DNA of 64,000 nt from Candidatus Aminicenantes bacterium. Lineage in GTDB: Bacteria; Acidobacteriota; Aminicenantia; Aminicenantales; UBA4085. A model generated the notes under the pieces. It was not told where the DNA came from. It saw only the letters and a program-made list of their open reading frames with translations, and did no database searches. Below, piece after piece: positions 62,253 to 64,000 of the stretch (position 1 is its first letter; every line of letters starts with the position of its first letter). The stretch is taken from positions 12,675-76,674 of the forward strand of contig CAWKFB010000017.1 in the NCBI GenBank assembly GCA_963848835.1, written 5' to 3'. The position numbers and the translations under genes are program-made.

Positions 62253-62978
62253 TCATGACTCTGACAGGTGGTGAAGAAACGCGGCGCGGACGTTTTCGAC
62301 GAGAGGATCGTGGGCCTCCCGGGTGAAGCCGCCCGACGGGATCTCCGGCTCGAGGACGATGTCCACCCGGCCGGGGCGGATGAGGCGGCTGCCCTTGCGG
62401 TTGATCCGCTCGGCCCCGATCTGGACCATGGGGAGGATCCCGATCCCCGCCTCGACGGCCAGGATGAATCCTCCCCGCTTGAAGGGGCCCAAGCGCCCGT
62501 CCGGAGAGCGCGTGCCCTCGGGCAAGACCAGGAACGAAAACGCCGGCCGGATCCGGATGAACTCTGCGGCCCGGCGAAGGCTCTCCTTCGCTTTCTGCGG
62601 GTTCGCCCGGTCGACGGGAACGATCCCGAGCCGTTTCAAGACGGCGCCGTAGACGGGCCAGCGGAAATGCGACTCCTCCTCGATCCCCCGGGCCGGGCCG
62701 GGATAGGCGGCATAGAAAACGAGCGGATCGAAGAAATTGACGTGGTTCATCATGATGAGATACTGCCGGCCGGGGACGGCGTTCTCCTCCCCGCGGATCC
62801 GGAGCCGGATCCCGCAGCACCGGAGAACGATCCGGCAGCAGCGCTTGATCAACCGCTCGAAGCCCGGGCCCCGGGGGAAAAAAGACGCGAACAGGACGAT
62901 AAGGCAGCCGACGACGAAAACCGGGAGGGCGACGATCCATATGAGGAGAGAGCGGATGGATTCGAGGGCGCGGATCAT
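62253..62978 (-). CDS. plsC: 1-acyl-sn-glycerol-3-phosphate acyltransferase
   Basis: 241 aa with an N-terminal TM segment. The acyltransferase motifs are NHVNFFD (HX4D) and VLPEGTRSPDGRLGPFKRGGF. Confidence 0.9.
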   Translation of the reverse strand: MIRALESIRSLLIWIVALPVFVVGCLIVLFASFFPRGPGFERLIKRCCRIVLRCCGIRLRIRGEENAVPGRQYLIMMNHVNFFDPLVFYAAYPGPARGIEEESHFRWPVYGAVLKRLGIVPVDRANPQKAKESLRRAAEFIRIRPAFSFLVLPEGTRSPDGRLGPFKRGGFILAVEAGIGILPMVQIGAERINRKGSRLIRPGRVDIVLEPEIPSGGFTREAHDPLVENVRAAFLHHLSES

Positions 62979-63928
62979 ACCAGGACGGTCAGCTCGGACG
63001 GGAGGACCTTCAAGCGGAGGGGGGTTTCACCAAGAAGCTCGCCGTCGGCCATGACGAGCTGGGGCGGGTCTCCGGTGATCGATATCGCGGCGGCCTGGGC
63101 CGTTTCGACCTTGGGGTGGGCGACGTGCCGTCCGGAAAAGACCCGGCTGAAGATGGCCAGGATCTCGCGGCGGTTCACGCCGCGGAAGACGACGAGGTCG
63201 GCTTTGCCGTCGGCCGTGTCCGCGTCCGGGGCGATCTTCATCTTGCCGCCGGTGAATTTCGAGTTAGAAATGACCAGGGCGCTGTTCCGGACCGTCCGGA
63301 CGGTACCATCCGTCCCGATCTCGATCATGTTGTCCATTCCTTTGGCCAGCCGGAGCAGGACGGCCAGGCTGTAACCGAACGAGCCGAACGGCTTGAGCTT
63401 CTCGTTGGTCAGCTTGAGGATGTCGGCGATCAAGCCGACGCCGATGATGTTCAGGGAGTACAGGCGGGCGGGCCGGCCGTCCCGGACGCACTCGAACTCG
63501 ACGAGATCGACGGACCGGCGGCGGCCCGAGAGGATCCTGTCCAAGGCCTCCTCCGGCGTCGTCACGCCGAAATCCCGGAGGAACGAGTTTCCCGTCCCGG
63601 CCGGGATCAGTCCGATCTCCGGGACGAGCGCCGGCCGGCCGGCGGAGTAAAGGCCGTTGACGACCTCGAAAGGCGTCCCGTCCCCGCCGAGGCAGAGAAC
63701 CCGGGGGAAGCCGTCCCGCGCGGCCTCGCGGCCGATCTCGATGGCGTGGCCGGGACGCTCGGACCGGCGGATCTCGAGTCCGGGGAATTCGTCCTGCAGC
63801 CGGGATTTCAGCCGCGCGAACGTTTTCTCTCCGTTGCCGTGGCCGGCCACCGGATTGACGATGAGAAGGGTGCGGAGGAGGGCGTTGGACACGGGCCCGC
63901 TTATAACACGAGTTCTCCGGGAATTCAA
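62975..63928 (-). CDS. Diacylglycerol-kinase-family lipid kinase (YegS/BmrU-like)
   Basis: 317 aa. Motifs are LLIVNPVAGHGNG.. and ..VLCLGGDGTPFEVVNGL..IPAGTGNSF. There is a 4-nt overlap with plsC. Confidence 0.85.
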   Translation of the reverse strand: MNSRRTRVISGPVSNALLRTLLIVNPVAGHGNGEKTFARLKSRLQDEFPGLEIRRSERPGHAIEIGREAARDGFPRVLCLGGDGTPFEVVNGLYSAGRPALVPEIGLIPAGTGNSFLRDFGVTTPEEALDRILSGRRRSVDLVEFECVRDGRPARLYSLNIIGVGLIADILKLTNEKLKPFGSFGYSLAVLLRLAKGMDNMIEIGTDGTVRTVRNSALVISNSKFTGGKMKIAPDADTADGKADLVVFRGVNRREILAIFSRVFSGRHVAHPKVETAQAAAISITGDPPQLVMADGELLGETPLRLKVLPSELTVLV

Positions 63929-64000
63929 ACGACTGCGTCCGGAAAAGGGCTTGAGCGCGGCCCGCGTCTTCGCGCCTCAGCGGAAGGCGGGCCGGATCGA

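Noticed and set aside
1-64000. tRNA, rRNA, tmRNA, RNase P, CRISPR arrays, IS elements.
   Set aside because: None of the intergenic regions shows cloverleaf-type or other hallmark sequences, or repeat-spacer periodicity. No transposase or integrase-like ORF was seen in any frame.

Overview
This is a 64-kb high-GC fragment. Spot counts on single 60-nt lines give about 70-75% GC in typical genes. It comes from a diderm bacterium, since it carries an Omp85-type protein, a TonB_C protein, outer-membrane beta-barrels and TolB-like proteins. It looks chromosomal and possibly from a metagenome assembly. Any finer taxonomic placement would be a guess.

I support about 47 protein-coding genes. I saw no rRNA, tRNA, CRISPR array, integrase or transposase.

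Gene content:
- Secreted and envelope proteins dominate, with an unusual density of peptidases: S9, DUF885-like, M28, S51, YpfJ, M56/BlaR1-like and an M16 pair.
- Five six-bladed beta-propeller/NHL paralogs.
- PPi-energised pump HppA, acylating aldehyde dehydrogenase, GH38 and GH63-like glycosidases, PlsC and a lipid kinase.
- A higBA toxin-antitoxin pair, a BlaI/BlaR1-type module, a histidine kinase plus OmpR-type regulator, and a large Ser/Thr kinase with TPR repeats.
- A radical SAM/SPASM enzyme preceded by an 80-aa ORF.

Most interesting non-coding signal: two interspersed repeat families.
- Family B is a ~90-nt three-stem element followed by a half unit, in 4 copies. The outer stem differs in every copy but stays complementary. 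Three copies sit just upstream of near-consensus promoters, and two inverted copies bracket the small-ORF/rSAM/kinase block.
- Family A is a ~30-nt GAATTC-centred palindromic element in 5 copies. It abuts or even supplies the stop codon of genes.

Caveat: at least 9 genes are broken by single-base frameshifts. Where I checked by hand, three of the four sit in short homopolymers. This looks like assembly indel error rather than real pseudogenes. Those genes are typed pseudogene only in the annotation sense.

All family names come from motif recognition by eye. No searches were run.
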